Source: Eledone cirrhosa
Lineage: Eukaryota
NCBI GenBank assembly: GCA_964016885.1
Contig: OZ024743.1
Coordinates: 312,480,001-312,544,000, forward strand
Direction: 5' to 3'
DNA: 64,000 bases
Shown one piece after another: positions 51,801 to 64,000 of the stretch. Below the pieces are notes generated by a model, which worked only from the letters and a program-made list of their open reading frames with translations, did not search any database and was not told where the DNA came from. Each line of letters begins with the position of its first letter. Positions within the stretch are counted from its first letter, which is position 1. The position numbers and the translations under genes were made by a program.

Positions 51801-52235
51801 ATACATTGAAGCTCCGACGTCTGGCAACTGACTTGGTAAACACCCACAAAATTATTAACCATCTTGCCAACAACAACCCTGAGTATCTTTTTGATTTCCA
51901 TGTGTCTAACACACGTGGGCATGCCAACAAAGTCAGAAAACAGTACAGCTCCCATGACTTTCTGAAACATTTTTTCACGCTCAGAGTTGCTGAAACATGG
52001 AACAAATTCCCGGGATCAGTTATTAGCTGTCGAGACACTGCATCCTTTAAAACCTCCATGCTTCCTAAGATTCGCCAAAACTACATCTAATATTCCCCCT
52101 CCATACACACGCACACAGGTATATCATGACTCATACACTATTCACTTCCCTGACATTTTTATATTATTCTGTGTACTGTACTGCACCTTTGATGAGTTGT
52201 AGTTCACCTGTACACAATAATTTCATTATTATTAT
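48865..52235 (+). pseudogene. CR1-clade LINE (ORF1 remnant, APE, RT with internal deletion), preceded by (GAA)n and ending in (ATT)n
   Basis: LNAHSL, ITVTET, GGGVMVY, AGDFNHP, SPGLDG, NYRPVSLTS, QFGF, YLDFANAF, ERDLG, VRPHLEFASPVWNPY, LETVQRRATK, FFTLRVAETWN. The QG/YADD core is missing at ~51398. Confidence 0.92.
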
Positions 52236-52611
52236 ATAAGAGAGGAAAGCAAGAAGCAGATGAAAAGCATGATCATATAAATATGATTAGGAATCAGCAG
52301 CTAGAAGCATTAAATAACTTAAAAACTTGCTTGTATAAAGAAAATGCTGCTATAACGAATTTAAGCATAATGCAAGGCATATATCATATACTGATAAATT
52401 TACATACAACATAATCATTACAACAATCTATAAAAGCTAGTGTATGGATAAAATATAAATTTAAGAATGCAAAAGTACATCATCATCATCATGATCATCG
52501 TTTAACGTCCATCTTCCACGTCATCAAAGCATATTTTTACTATATTTATAATAAAAAGTGCAGCTCCATCTTTCAGACCTAAGTATATAGATAATCTATT
52601 ATACTTCAAAT

Positions 52612-52663
<52 letters not shown>

Positions 52664-52665
<2 letters not shown>

Positions 52666-55600
52666 TGTGTTTGTTTGTTTATGTGTGTTCGTATACAGCG
52701 TGGTGATAATGCCACACAAGGGCCAAGTGGAACGGCGAATCCACAGATGGCTATGTAACCATACATTCGCCAATCCTCGATAAGAGTGTTTAAATATCGA
52801 ACATAAACAGTTCGAATAACGGTGAAATGGAGACTAGAACGTCATGTGACAGACTCTCACCCAACAGGTGCCCCCTGGCTCAGCAGCAGGAACCTGACTG
52901 TCAACCAAATACTGCTGATGTTGGAGGAAGAAGAAGAAGGAAAGGGGCCAGAACCAACTGGACGAAAGAATTGAATAGAACTGTTATGCAATGTTACCTG
53001 AAAAGTAACCCCAAGGAGAGGGGCTACAGGAGACGGATGCATAACATCTGGAACGAGATTGGTCTATTTAAATTAGATGAACAAAAATTGGCCGGGCAGG
53101 CTCGGGTAATAAGAACTAATGGGTGGATAAGTGAGCTGGAACTGGAGGAACTGAGCAGAGAGAATGGCTTGGAGATGGCGGGTGTAGTATGCCAGACAAG
53201 CGAGCCAGTGGGAAATGAAGGTGAAGAGGTCCTGAGAACGGAGGAGCCACCCGAAGCAGACAATGATCTGAATACTGAGATAAATAATACCTGGAACAGA
53301 GATACGGCCACTGAGGAGATGAATGCTGACGGGCTAGGACAAGATTCGGTTGACATCCTAAATTTAGTGGTAGATGAATTGAACAATGATAGTGGGAGAC
53401 CTATGAACCTAAGATTTGTAGACAGGAAAAAGTTAAAAGAAACAACAGCTAAGGTAAACAAAGTCATCCCATACCTTGAGGCGAGGAGCCTTCACCAGTG
53501 CAACAATATCCTCAAAGCAACAGCAAATACGGTGAGGAAACTACTTGGTATAAAAGCGAGAGGAAACAACAGACAAGAAAGAGCAGAGCCGTGGTGGAAG
53601 AAACGACTGAGTGGTCAAATCGGGGAAATGAGAAATGACATAGGAAAGCTTAAGTCACTACTGAATGGGACACTAAAAAACATAGGCACTAAAAATAGAC
53701 TGGAAATAAAGTACAAAACTAGGAGGAAAAAGCTAAATATTATCATAGAGGAACTGAAGCAACGCATCGTAGCAAAGAGTGCAAAAATCAGGCGATACGA
53801 GAACAGAGTCAGTCAGTATAAACAGAACCGCATGTTCGACAACAACCAGAAGATGCTGTTTGGACAGCTTGAGGGGAAAGAAAGAGGCAACGACTTGATC
53901 CCTGGGGCAAAGCAAACTAAAACATTCTGGAGAGGAATATGGGAGCAGGATGTTAGACATAATGTCCAGGCAGGGTGGATTGAGACAGTACAGAGGGAGA
54001 TCGGTGAGCAGGCACACCAACAAACTGATTTGAGTATCACAGTTGAAACTCTTAAGGGGCAGGCCAAAAAACTAACCAACTGGAAATCACCAGGCCCAGA
54101 TGGTGTGCAGGGGTATTGGATTAAAAATTTAACATCCCTCCACCCGAAGCTGACGGCCATGTTCAATGACTGCTTGGTGTCGGGTGAGGTGCCAGAGTGG
54201 TTGACAAAAGGTACCACAGTTCTGATAATGAAAGACCGAATCAAGGGTAATGATGTTACCAACTATAGACCTATCACATGTCTGTCCGTAATGTGGAAAC
54301 TGTTGACGAGCATTGTGTCTGAAGAAATCTACCATCAACTCCGCACAAACAACTTGTTACCGGACGAACAGAAAGGATGCCGAAAGAAGTCACGTGGTAC
54401 AAAGGACCAGTTACTTATTGATAAGATGGTAATGGGGAATTGCAGGAGGAGACACACTGATCTTGCCATGGGATGGATAGACTACAGAAAGGCATTTGAC
54501 ATGGTGCCTCATTCTTGGATCACCAAAAGCCTGGAGATCTTCAGGGTGGCAGATAACATCAGACAGTTGCTGGGCAGGAGTATGGGGTCCTGGGAGACAG
54601 AGTTGACATCAACTGGAGTATCCTTGGGAAGCGTGAAGATCAAGAGAGGTATCTTCCAGGGAGATAGCCTGTCCCCTCTGTTGTTTGTCCTTGCCCTGAT
54701 GCCCTTGACCATTATGCTGCGAAAAGTGAGAGCAGGATACAAGTTGGGAAAGGGAGAGCTTACCACCAATCACCTCCTCTTCATGGACGATCTTAAGCTC
54801 TTCGGGAAAAGTGAGAAGGAGTTGGATGTGCTTGTTGACACTGTCCGTATTTTCAGCAGTGATATATGTATGCAGTTTGGTATTAGTAAATGTGGAGTCA
54901 TTGTGATGAGGAGGGGTAGGTTGAGCAGAAGTAACGGGATCCAGATACCAACAGGTGAGATGATAAAGGAAATTGACTCTGAGGAAGGATACAAGTATTT
55001 GGGCGTTCTGGAGGCTGATGGCATAAAGAACAAAAAATGAAGGAATTGTTAAGAACTGAATACATTCGGAGAGTAAGGAGCGTATTAAAATCACATCTGA
55101 ACAGCAGAAATGCCATAAGCGCAGTGAATTCCCGAGCTGTGTCTATTATTAGGTACAGTGCGGGAATTCTGAGATGGAATGTTGCTGAACAAAAAGAAAT
55201 GGATAGGAAGACTAGGAAGCTATTGACTATCTACAACATGTTCCACAAGAGGAGTGATGTCGATAGATTCTACCTAAGGAGATCTGAGGGTGGAAGAGGT
55301 CTTATCAGCATAGAGGACTGTGTTCAGATGGAGAAAAACAACCTCTACAAATACGTGACCTATAGTAAGGAGCCAATGCTCAGAACTGTACTGAAGGAGG
55401 GGACAGTAGGCCAGGGGATGTCCAAGGAGGAAATAACATCAAGGAGGAAGAGCAGCCTTAAGGGAAAATCCCTTCATAGTACCTTCTTTGAGAAAACTGA
55501 ATTTAGAAATCCACAGACATGGAACTGGTTGAGAAGAGGAGACCTCAAAAAGGCTACAGAAGGAATGCTAATGGCTGCGCAGGAGCAGGCCCTCAAAACG

Positions 55601-56292
55601 AAGTGGTTGAAGCACCATATTTACAAGGAGGAGGCTAGCCCACTGTGCAGGATCTGTGGAGAGAGAGAGGAGACTGTGGCTCACATTGTGTCCGAGTGTA
55701 AACACCTAGCCCAGACCCATTATAAGGGCTGGAGACACGATGTGATGGGCAGGGTGATCCACTGGCACCTGTGCAAAGTAAACAATCTACCACATTCTGA
55801 GAAATGGTATGAGCATAGGCCAGAGGCGGTGATGGAGAACAATCAGGTGAAGGTGCTGTGGGATTTTAGGATACAGACGGACAAAAAACTGGAACACAAT
55901 AGACCTGACCTGGTGGTTGTGGACAAAGAAAAAAGATCGCGTCTGATTGTGGATGTGGCCTGCCCTTTCGACACGAGAGTGCAAGAGAAGGAGAGGGAGA
56001 AAATTAACCGATACCAGGACCTAAAGTGGGAGGTGAAAAGGATTTGGAACTGCCATGAAGTCAAAGTGATCCCGATTGTCATAGGCGCACTGGGGACTAT
56101 CTCCAAAGGTTTCCAGGGATGGTTAAAGAAAATTGGCCCCTTCACGCTTTTTGGAACGCTTCAAAAGGCATGCTTGCTTGGAACGGCAAGAACCCTCCGA
56201 TACGTCCTGAATATCTGAGGCTGCAGGTAGTGGCTTGATATTCAATCCAACGGACTTTCCAGTTAACCAACATCAATGACTGAGATTCAAGG
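52664..56292 (+). mobile_element. Full-length R4/Dong-type non-LTR retrotransposon (RT + CCHC + RLE endonuclease) in (TAA)n
   Basis: NWKSPGPDG, YRPITCL, EQKG, IDYRKAFD, GIFQGDSLSP, LFMDDLK, CRICG...HIVSEC, RPDLVVVD, EKINRY. ORF 52827-56218 is broken only at an A6 run (55032-55037). Confidence 0.95.
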
Positions 56293-56309
56293 AATAACAA
56301 TAACAATAA

Positions 56310-56433
56310 TGCTTTCTTTATTAACCACAAGGGTTTACACAAAGTAGACATTAAGGACAGTACAGGACAATACAGGACGGTACAAATGGGCATTTCTGCG
56401 TGTAAAAAAAACAAAAAACAAATAATAATAATA

Positions 56434-56470
<37 letters not shown>

Positions 56471-57305
56471 TTTCATTTATTAACCACAAGGGCCGACATG
56501 TAGGGGACAATACAAAGACAGGGACATTGGGGGTTTACAATAAGGTCGAGTAAAAGTGCACAATGGCAAGACTAATTTAACAATGAAACAATGGAAATAT
56601 AAAATAAACTATGCATAAATATAACAAAATAAATCCCCCGATAGGGGGTGGACGACCCTGGGGTGACTCAGGTACCCCACCAATCCTGAACCACCCTGCG
56701 CATCTAAGGCACCCAGGGAGAGCACCCCTCTCCTCAAGTTAGCTAGCCTATAGGCGCATGGTCAGAGTAGGCCCATTCACACGAGCCATTCTCGCCACAT
56801 TCACCCACCTTTTAGCAAATGTACTGGGGGGGCAGCACTTCTCTCTCCACCCTCACCTTCCTTTCCAGGTGAAACTTGAAGAAGTTGATGAGGGATTGGC
56901 CGAAGAGAAAAGTGTCTGTCTTCAGTCCTTTTAACCTGGTCCACCATACAACCTCTTTTGCAACTGCCACCAGACAGAGGAAATTTCCTGCTCTTCCTGA
57001 CCTAAGGAAGGCGGTGGATCGATCTTCACTATGGACTCGGCCGATAGCCGGATTCGTTCCACACGCGACAGTAGCTGTTCGACATAACTCCACAAGTCAG
57101 TAATGCACGGAGATTGGACAAGTGCGTGCAGAACGGTTTCGTCGTTCTGTGCGCATCTTGGGCAGGTCCGTCTGACAGTACTTCCGTGCCTGTAGAGTTT
57201 ATCCCGAACCGGCAGTGCCCCCCGGTAGCACTGCCAAGCGAGGGATTTCTGGAAATTGTCCATCGTCCCCGGCTCGAAAGTCCTCCGGTACAGACTGGTC
57301 AATTC
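56310..57305 (-). mobile_element. L1/Tx1-type LINE 3' fragment (zf-RVT) with duplicated 3' ends and (TTA)n tails
   Basis: LAWQCYRGALPVRDKL...CPRC...ETVLHAL. TTGTGGTTAATAA tails at ~56480 and ~56320. Confidence 0.75.
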
Positions 57306-57331
57306 GACTAATAATAATAATAATAATAATA

Positions 57332-60300
57332 GTGACCCGGTCAAACGTCAACGACTATGGCACTGCTGGCTGCCCCCTTCCCCACCAACAATAGAAAAAG
57401 CCCCAGCACCACCACCGACATAGCCAACAACAACAACAGGCAACTTCAACAAAAAGTATATTATATTATTAATAATAATTTCTTTCTTAAGCCACGCAAT
57501 GCTCACATTAAGGAAACACTCATGATAATAACAATTTAAAAAACAACAAAAAAAGAAAACCCCGTGACCAAAAAATACCGGGATGGCGGCTGGTGAGGAA
57601 TAGCCGTGTCTCTAGGGGAGGACGACCTCTCTAGTCTTGGTTGGCACTCGTCCTAGAAGTGGTAACACGAAATAATTACCCCTTGGCGGTTAAGGATAAA
57701 ACGCGACAAAATAAAGTAAATGTCAAATGATAAAATCTCATACCGGATCGGCCGTCACCCGGGTCAAAAAGAGCCGCGTCCCTCAGAGAGGAACCAGACT
57801 GGGGTCGAAAGATCAGCTAATGGTTCAAACCTTCACATCACTTCGGAGCTGGAGACCTCCCATAACCGGAATACTCCTACTGTTGGCCCTCCATGCTCAC
57901 CACCAAGAAATCCAAAGAAAAAGAGAGAAAAATGGTCAAGGGAAGACAATAAAGAAGTCCTTGAGGCTTTCTACACTGCCATGTTCTACCCATCAAATAG
58001 ATCGAATACAGAACAGACATATATCAACTGGAAAAAGAAACATCCCGAAAACAGAGGCTATATTGACAGTAACAAACTAACCAATATACGAAGAAATATT
58101 GTTAAAAAAAAGTTACTGATATAGAAATTGATCAGATCAAGCTAATAGCACAAAGTCAGCGAAGGGAAAATGAAACATGTGTCAGTGAAAACGAGGTAAA
58201 TTGTAACACTTCGAATCCCAGGGTTGGGGCGGAATCACTGACAGCAGAACAAATTAAAGAAAGGATCGAAAAAGTGGAGGGAGTGCATGCTCAAGATGAA
58301 ACTCAAAATGAAAACAATGAGAAAATAAATGATAAAGAAATGAATGAGAATGAACTTGCCAACTTGAAGGATGAAATTATGATCGAATGGATGAAAATGA
58401 AAGAATCTGACATGGGGGAACGAGACACTCTCCCTAAGATCCAGAACACCAAACAGAACCAAAAGATAATACACAAGACTAATATAATTCTCAAAAACAT
58501 TATCATCACAAACAAACTAAACATTACTGATCTAAATCATCTCTATTATGCATCGGCTAAAGTCACCACTCACTTATGTGGAGTGAAAATGAAAAAACAA
58601 AGGAATTCCCACAAGAAATCTACTTGGCAAGAGAACATCAATCGCCAAATAAACCTTTTCCGATCTGACAGACATTTTAACAAACTACAAAGTAGGTGAA
58701 CATGTTAAACAAACTAAACTTAGAAAATTGAAAAGAAAATACAGTATAAAATCAACAAGTGACATAGACATGCTGATAGAAATAATCAAGCAAAAAGTGT
58801 CGACCAAAGCTGCTCGTATAAGGCGCTTTGAAAAACGATCTAGATTCTATAAGGACAATAATATGTTCAAAAACAACAAAAGAAACTTCTACAGAAAAAT
58901 TGGCAAGTCAACAATAACTGCTAAATCAATACCACCCAAGGAGGAAGTGCAAGAATTCTGGGGAAAGATCTGGGCCGAAGAAAAAGTTCATAATATACAT
59001 GCCCCATGGATAGACAGACAAATGAAAGATACAGCTCACCTTGAGGAACAAATATGGGAAAATATAACAGTTGAACAGTTGCGTTTGGCTCTTAGAAAAA
59101 CCAGCAAAATACCAAATTTTTTGATAAATGCCTTCACAGAGTCTCATGAGCTGTTAGCCCAACTTTACAATGAAATGGTTAAGGAGCCAGAAAAGATACC
59201 ATCATGGCTAGTTAACGGCATTACATTCCTGCTTCCGAAGAATGATGAGACAAACAATCCCCAAAATTTACAGACCGATAACTTGCTTGACCACAATGTA
59301 TAACATTTTAACATCAGTCCTAACTGAATATACATATGACCACCTGATAATAAATGATCTATTTCCCATTGAGCAGAAAGGGTGTAAATGAGGCTCATAT
59401 GGCTGTAAGGATCAGCTTTTGGTTAACAAAATGATACTGGAAGATTGTCATAATAGACACAAAAATATATCAATTGCTTGGATAGATTATAAAAAAGCAT
59501 TCGATAGTTTGCCACACAGTTGGATTGAAAAATGTTTAGAGATTTTCAAAATATCTCCCGTTGTCAGGAGGTTCCTGTCATTCAGTATGAAGACATGGAA
59601 AACGACACTCCTTTTGAATAGTGGAAAAAAATCATTGGAAGCTGGAGAAGTTAATATTAATTGTGGAATTTTTCAGGTGACTCTTTATCACCGCTTTTAT
59701 TCTGCATCACACTTATATCATTAAGTAAAATGCTCAATGAAACAAAACAGGGATATAAAGTCTATGACAAAACCATTAATCACTTGTTCTACATGGATGA
59801 CCTGAAACTATTTGCAAAAAATGATGAACAATTGCAGGGGCTATTATCCACTGTGAAGCAGTTGAGTGATGACATTAAAATGGAGTTTGGACTAGATAAA
59901 TGCGCCAAAGCAACGCTCACCAGTGGAAAGCTGCTGAAAAGTTCAGACATTAATCTTGATCGGGGGAATGTGATAAGAGAACTTGATCAAGAGGAAACTT
60001 ACAAATATCTAGGTGTTTGTGAAGGAGACAGAATTAAGCACTCGATAATGAGGGAAAGGATAAGGAAGGAATGTTACCGCAGAGTAAGAGCAATCTTAAG
60101 AACGGAATTGAATGCAAGGAATAGGATCGATGCCATAAACACGCTTGCTATATCAGTAGTAACCTACAGTTACAATGTCATCAAATGGTCAAGCACAGAG
60201 ATCCGTAGGCTCGATACAAAAATTAGAAAATTCTTAACCATGCACAGAATGCATCACCCTAAGGCAGATACAGATAGAATATATCTCCCTAGGAAAGAAG

Positions 60301-61692
60301 GAGGAGGACGTGGGTTAATCCAGTTAGATATTGCATTGAAAACTGCAACAATTGGATTATCTACATATCTAAGCGAATCACATTATTGGATGATCAAACG
60401 GCGGTGGATTGGCAGTATCGGTAGAGGGTCGGACGCCATGCTTTCCAGCATAGTTACGTCCCTTTACGATCTGAGTTCAAGTCCCGCCGAGGTTGACTTT
60501 GCCTTTCATCCTTACGGGGTCGATAAAATAAAGTACCAGTAATGCACTGGGTATTTGCTGGCCTTGTGCCTAAAGTAGAAACAATTATTGGATGATCAAA
60601 CTCGTTTTGAAACACGAAAGCATCAAACGATCATACTCCATTACAAAAGATGCACAAAGATACAATAATGGACTACAAATCTCAGAAGTTCCATTTACTG
60701 CTGAAATGAAAAACACAGAAAAAGCAAAGCAGGTAAAAGTAACTGCAAAGAAAGAACTGCTACAGAAACTGGCTAAGAATGGCAAGAAAAGCCTCTGTAT
60801 GGAAAATACCCAGAAAGAGCAACAATTCTGATGTTGACAAAATTTTAATCCATCAGTGGTTGGCATCCTCTGGACTGAAATCGGAGACTGAAGGACTGAT
60901 TATATCAGCACAAGATCAGTGTCTGCCAACAAAAAATTACCAACCCAACATAATAAAAAAAATGGATGCAACCCATTATGCCGTGTATGTAAAAAACAAC
61001 CAGAGACCATTGATCATATAATTTCAATGTGCAGTCCTATAGCTCCAACCGAATACCTAAACAGGCATGACAGAGCTGCACAATACATACATTGGATAAT
61101 GTGTAAGCATTTTGACCTGCTCCATCAAAAGAATTGGTGGGAGCATCAACCACCTCCCATACTTGAAAAAGATCACATCTCAATCTTGTGGAACTTTAGC
61201 ATCCAAACAGACAGAAAAATAGATGCAAATAGACCTGATATAATACTGAAGGACTTTAAAAAGAGGGTATGCCTGCTAATTGATATGTCCGTTCCAATAG
61301 ACAAGAATGTATCTATAAAAATATTTGAAAAATTGAGCAAGTATAAGGACCTGAAGATAGAAATTTGAAAAATGTAGAAATTGAGAACTAAAACAATACC
61401 AGTGGTTGTAGGCGCTCTAGGAATGATACCTAAGGGGTCTAATGATTACTTATCGCAAATCCCAGGAAACCCGCGTATAGGAGAAATACAAAAGATAGTA
61501 CTAATGGGAACTGCCCATATACTAAGGAAGATTCTGTCAATATAAGTACATCACAAGTCTAAACACCTAAAGATGCATGTGTGTGTATGTATGTTCTTTC
61601 TTGAACATGGCGGACCTTGTTGTCTCTTGAGGTCACTGGTTGTGACTTGGTGATAACTCGTATGAACATAAAGCAAGATAAATGCAACTGTA
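57332..61692 (+). pseudogene. Second, degenerate R4/Dong-type family member
   Basis: KWSREDNK, IDYKKAFDS, GDSLSP, FYMDDLK, CRVCK...HIISMC, RPDIIL, KLSKYKDL. Many frameshifts; SINE insertion; (TAA)n at both ends. Confidence 0.9.
60400..60583 (+). mobile_element. SINE family A, full length, 18-bp TSD
   Basis: TSD ATTATTGGATGATCAAAC at 60382-60399 and 60584-60601; A/B boxes present. Confidence 0.92.
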
Positions 61693-61702
61693 ATAATAAT
61701 AA

Positions 61703-61793
61703 TTGTTTCTACTTTAGGCACAAGGCCAGCAATTACCCAGTGCATTACTGGTACTTTATTTTATCGACCCCGTAAGGATGAAAGGCAAAGTCA
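61703..61793 (-). mobile_element. SINE family A 3' fragment
   Basis: Reverse-complement body; AACTGTAATAATAATAAT duplicated on both sides. Confidence 0.8.
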
Positions 61794-61797
61794 AACT

Positions 61798-61837
<40 letters not shown>

Positions 61838-61838
<1 letters not shown>

Positions 61839-63158
61839 TGACACTGAAGAAGAATACAAATATTTAGGTGTTCTGGAGGCAGATGACATCAAGAACAAAA
61901 AAAATGAATAAATTGATAAGATCTGAATACATCAGGAGATTAAGGAGCGTATTAAAATCACATCTGAACAGTAGGAATGTCATAAGTGCAGTGAATTCCC
62001 GAGCTGTGTCTATTATTAGGTACAGTGCGGGAATTCTGAAATGGAATGTTGCTGAACAAAAAGAAATGGATAGGAAGACTAGGAAGCTATTGACTATCTA
62101 CAACATGTTCCACAAGAGGAGTGATGTCGATAGACTCTACTTAAGGAGATCTGAAGGTGGAAGAGGTCTTATCAGCACAGAGCACTGTGTTCAGATGGAG
62201 AAAAACAACCTGCACAAATACGTGACTGATAGTAAGGAGCCAATGCTCTAAATTGTACTGAAGGAGAAGACAATAGACCAGGGTATGTCCAAGGAGGAAA
62301 TAACATCAAGGAAGAAGAGCAACCTTCATGAAAAATCCCTTCATAGTACCTTCTTTAAGAAAACTGAATTTAGAGATCCACAGACATGGAACTGGTTAAA
62401 AAGAGGAGACCTTAAAAAGGCTACAGAAGGAATGCTAATGGCTGCGCAAGAGCAGGCCCTCCAAACGAAGTGGCTGAAACACCATATTTACAAGGAGGAG
62501 GCTAGCCCACTGTGTAGGATCTGTGGAGAGAGAGAGGAGACTGTGGCTCACATTGTATCCGAGTGTAAACACCTAACCCAGACTCTCTATAAAGGCTGGA
62601 GACATGATGTGATGGGCAGGGTGATCCACTGGCACCTATGCAAAGTAAACAATTTACCACATTCTGAGAAGTGGTATGAGCATAAGCCAGAGTCGGTGAT
62701 AGAAAACGATCAGGTGAAGGTGCTGTGGGATTTTAGGATACAGACGGACAAGAAACTGGAACACAATAGGACTGACCTGGTGGTTTGGGACAAGGAAAAA
62801 AGATCGTGCCTGATTGTAGATGTAGCCTGCCCATTCGACACGAGAGTGCAAGAAAAGGAGAGGGAGAAAATTAACCGATACCAGGACTTGAAGTGGGAGG
62901 TAAAAAGGATTTGGAACTGCCATGAGGTCAAAGTGGTCCCGATTGTCATAGGCGCACTAGGTACTATCTCAAAGTTTCCAAGGATGGTTAAAGAAAATTA
63001 GTCCAGCCCCGCTTTTTGGAACACTTCAAAAGCCATGCTTGCTGGGAACAGCAAGAACCCTCCGATACGTCCTGAATATCTGAGGCTGCAGGTAGTGGCT
63101 TGATATTCATTTTAACAAACTTTCCAGTTAAATAACATCGATGACTGTGACTCAAAGA
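61838..63158 (+). mobile_element. 5'-truncated copy of the 52664-56292 R4/Dong family
   Basis: High similarity to 54973-56292, including the 3' UTR; (TAA)n flanks; stop at ~62249 and frameshifts. Confidence 0.93.
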
Positions 63159-63220
63159 ACAATAATAATAATAATGATAATAATATATATATATGTATAT
63201 ATATATATATTATATATAGA

Positions 63221-64000
63221 CTAGCTGACGTACCCAGCTTCGCCCGGGTAAACAGATGATAAGAGATAAGAGAAGACAGGTAAAAGAGAAAATGACTGTA
63301 TTGGATGTTTGTCTGGTTACAGTATGAGGCGAGTCCGATGTGTCTGTGTGATACAAAAAACAGTAAAGAAATCTTCCAGATATACCAGATTCTTCGTTGT
63401 ACCGTTTGTGCATAGTATATGAACAATTCTAGGTGCTCCCACCTAGAATAGTGACCTCTAGGAGATGGTTCATCTTCTGCCTGACTGTAAAAGGTGTATC
63501 CTTGCATAGACGTGGTTGTTCCACGTTTCTCAAAAGGATGATGAAAGTTCCAATATTTTATATTATATGTAGATATATATATATAGATAATTAATATAAA
63601 AGATGATGCTCAGCCAGTTCGTCTTCAACCATCGCAGCACGCCGTCGCGGCTTGGCTCCAGTGTTTCGTTGGCGTTGTTCAGCCAGCTCCTCTTCATTCA
63701 TGGCGACACGTCTTCGCTTCTGAAGTTCGGCGTTCCGATGGCGCTGTTCGGCCCGTTTTTCTTCATTCCTGGTGGCACGCCGTCGTCGCTGTAGTTCACT
63801 GTTTGATAAAATCGAATTGCTTTTATTATCAGTATTCATTTCGAGCAATTGTCAAAAAATGACACAATAATAAATATAAAAGATGTCCATCAAAGTAAAA
63901 AAGGTTCCTATTTACTCCCTTCACAACTCTGTGTATGTTAGACTGACAGACAGGCACACAGACAGATAAACTGCGTGGCGATTGTGGAACGCCCCACGTA
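63221..64000 (-). mobile_element. Internally deleted Helitron (3' end at 63221) with RepHel fragments
   Basis: Hairpin TACCCGG-GCGAAG-CTGGGTA then CTAG|T. Pif1-like LLRNVEQPRLC...LEVTILG and LFIY...NGTTKNLVY remnants. Arg/Glu repeats (ELQRRRRA...EEKRAEQR) resemble RepHel N-termini. Confidence 0.75.

Overview
AT-rich, microsatellite-dense eukaryotic DNA, most likely an invertebrate genome. The SINE/LINE repertoire looks mollusc-like, probably octopus; this is inference. About 90% of the window is transposon-derived. Host genes: (i) two 3' exons of an IQCA1/DRC11 (IQ + AAA) orthologue on the minus strand (9077-9254, 6713-6832), whose intervening exon I could not find; (ii) an intronless Cys-rich family-B (adhesion/Methuselah-like) GPCR on the plus strand (40718-42844), broken by one in-frame TAA. 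Mobile elements: a nearly intact Penelope-like element (PLE; 10786-16284) with a 1.1-kb inverted pLTR, whose junctions rejoin in frame as twin priming predicts; several other PLE RT/GIY-YIG fragments; more than a dozen small (TA)n-embedded fold-back PLE remnants; about 14 hammerhead-ribozyme-like motifs, several with very long stem-II inserts; a non-coding LTR element with a tRNA-Trp-type PBS; RTE, CR1 and Tx1/L1 LINE fragments; a ~10.5-kb chain of R4/Dong-type RLE retrotransposons in (TAA)n; Helitron ends; a mariner-type MITE; and two tRNA-derived SINE families. Coordinates were read by eye, so repeat boundaries may be off by a few to tens of bases.
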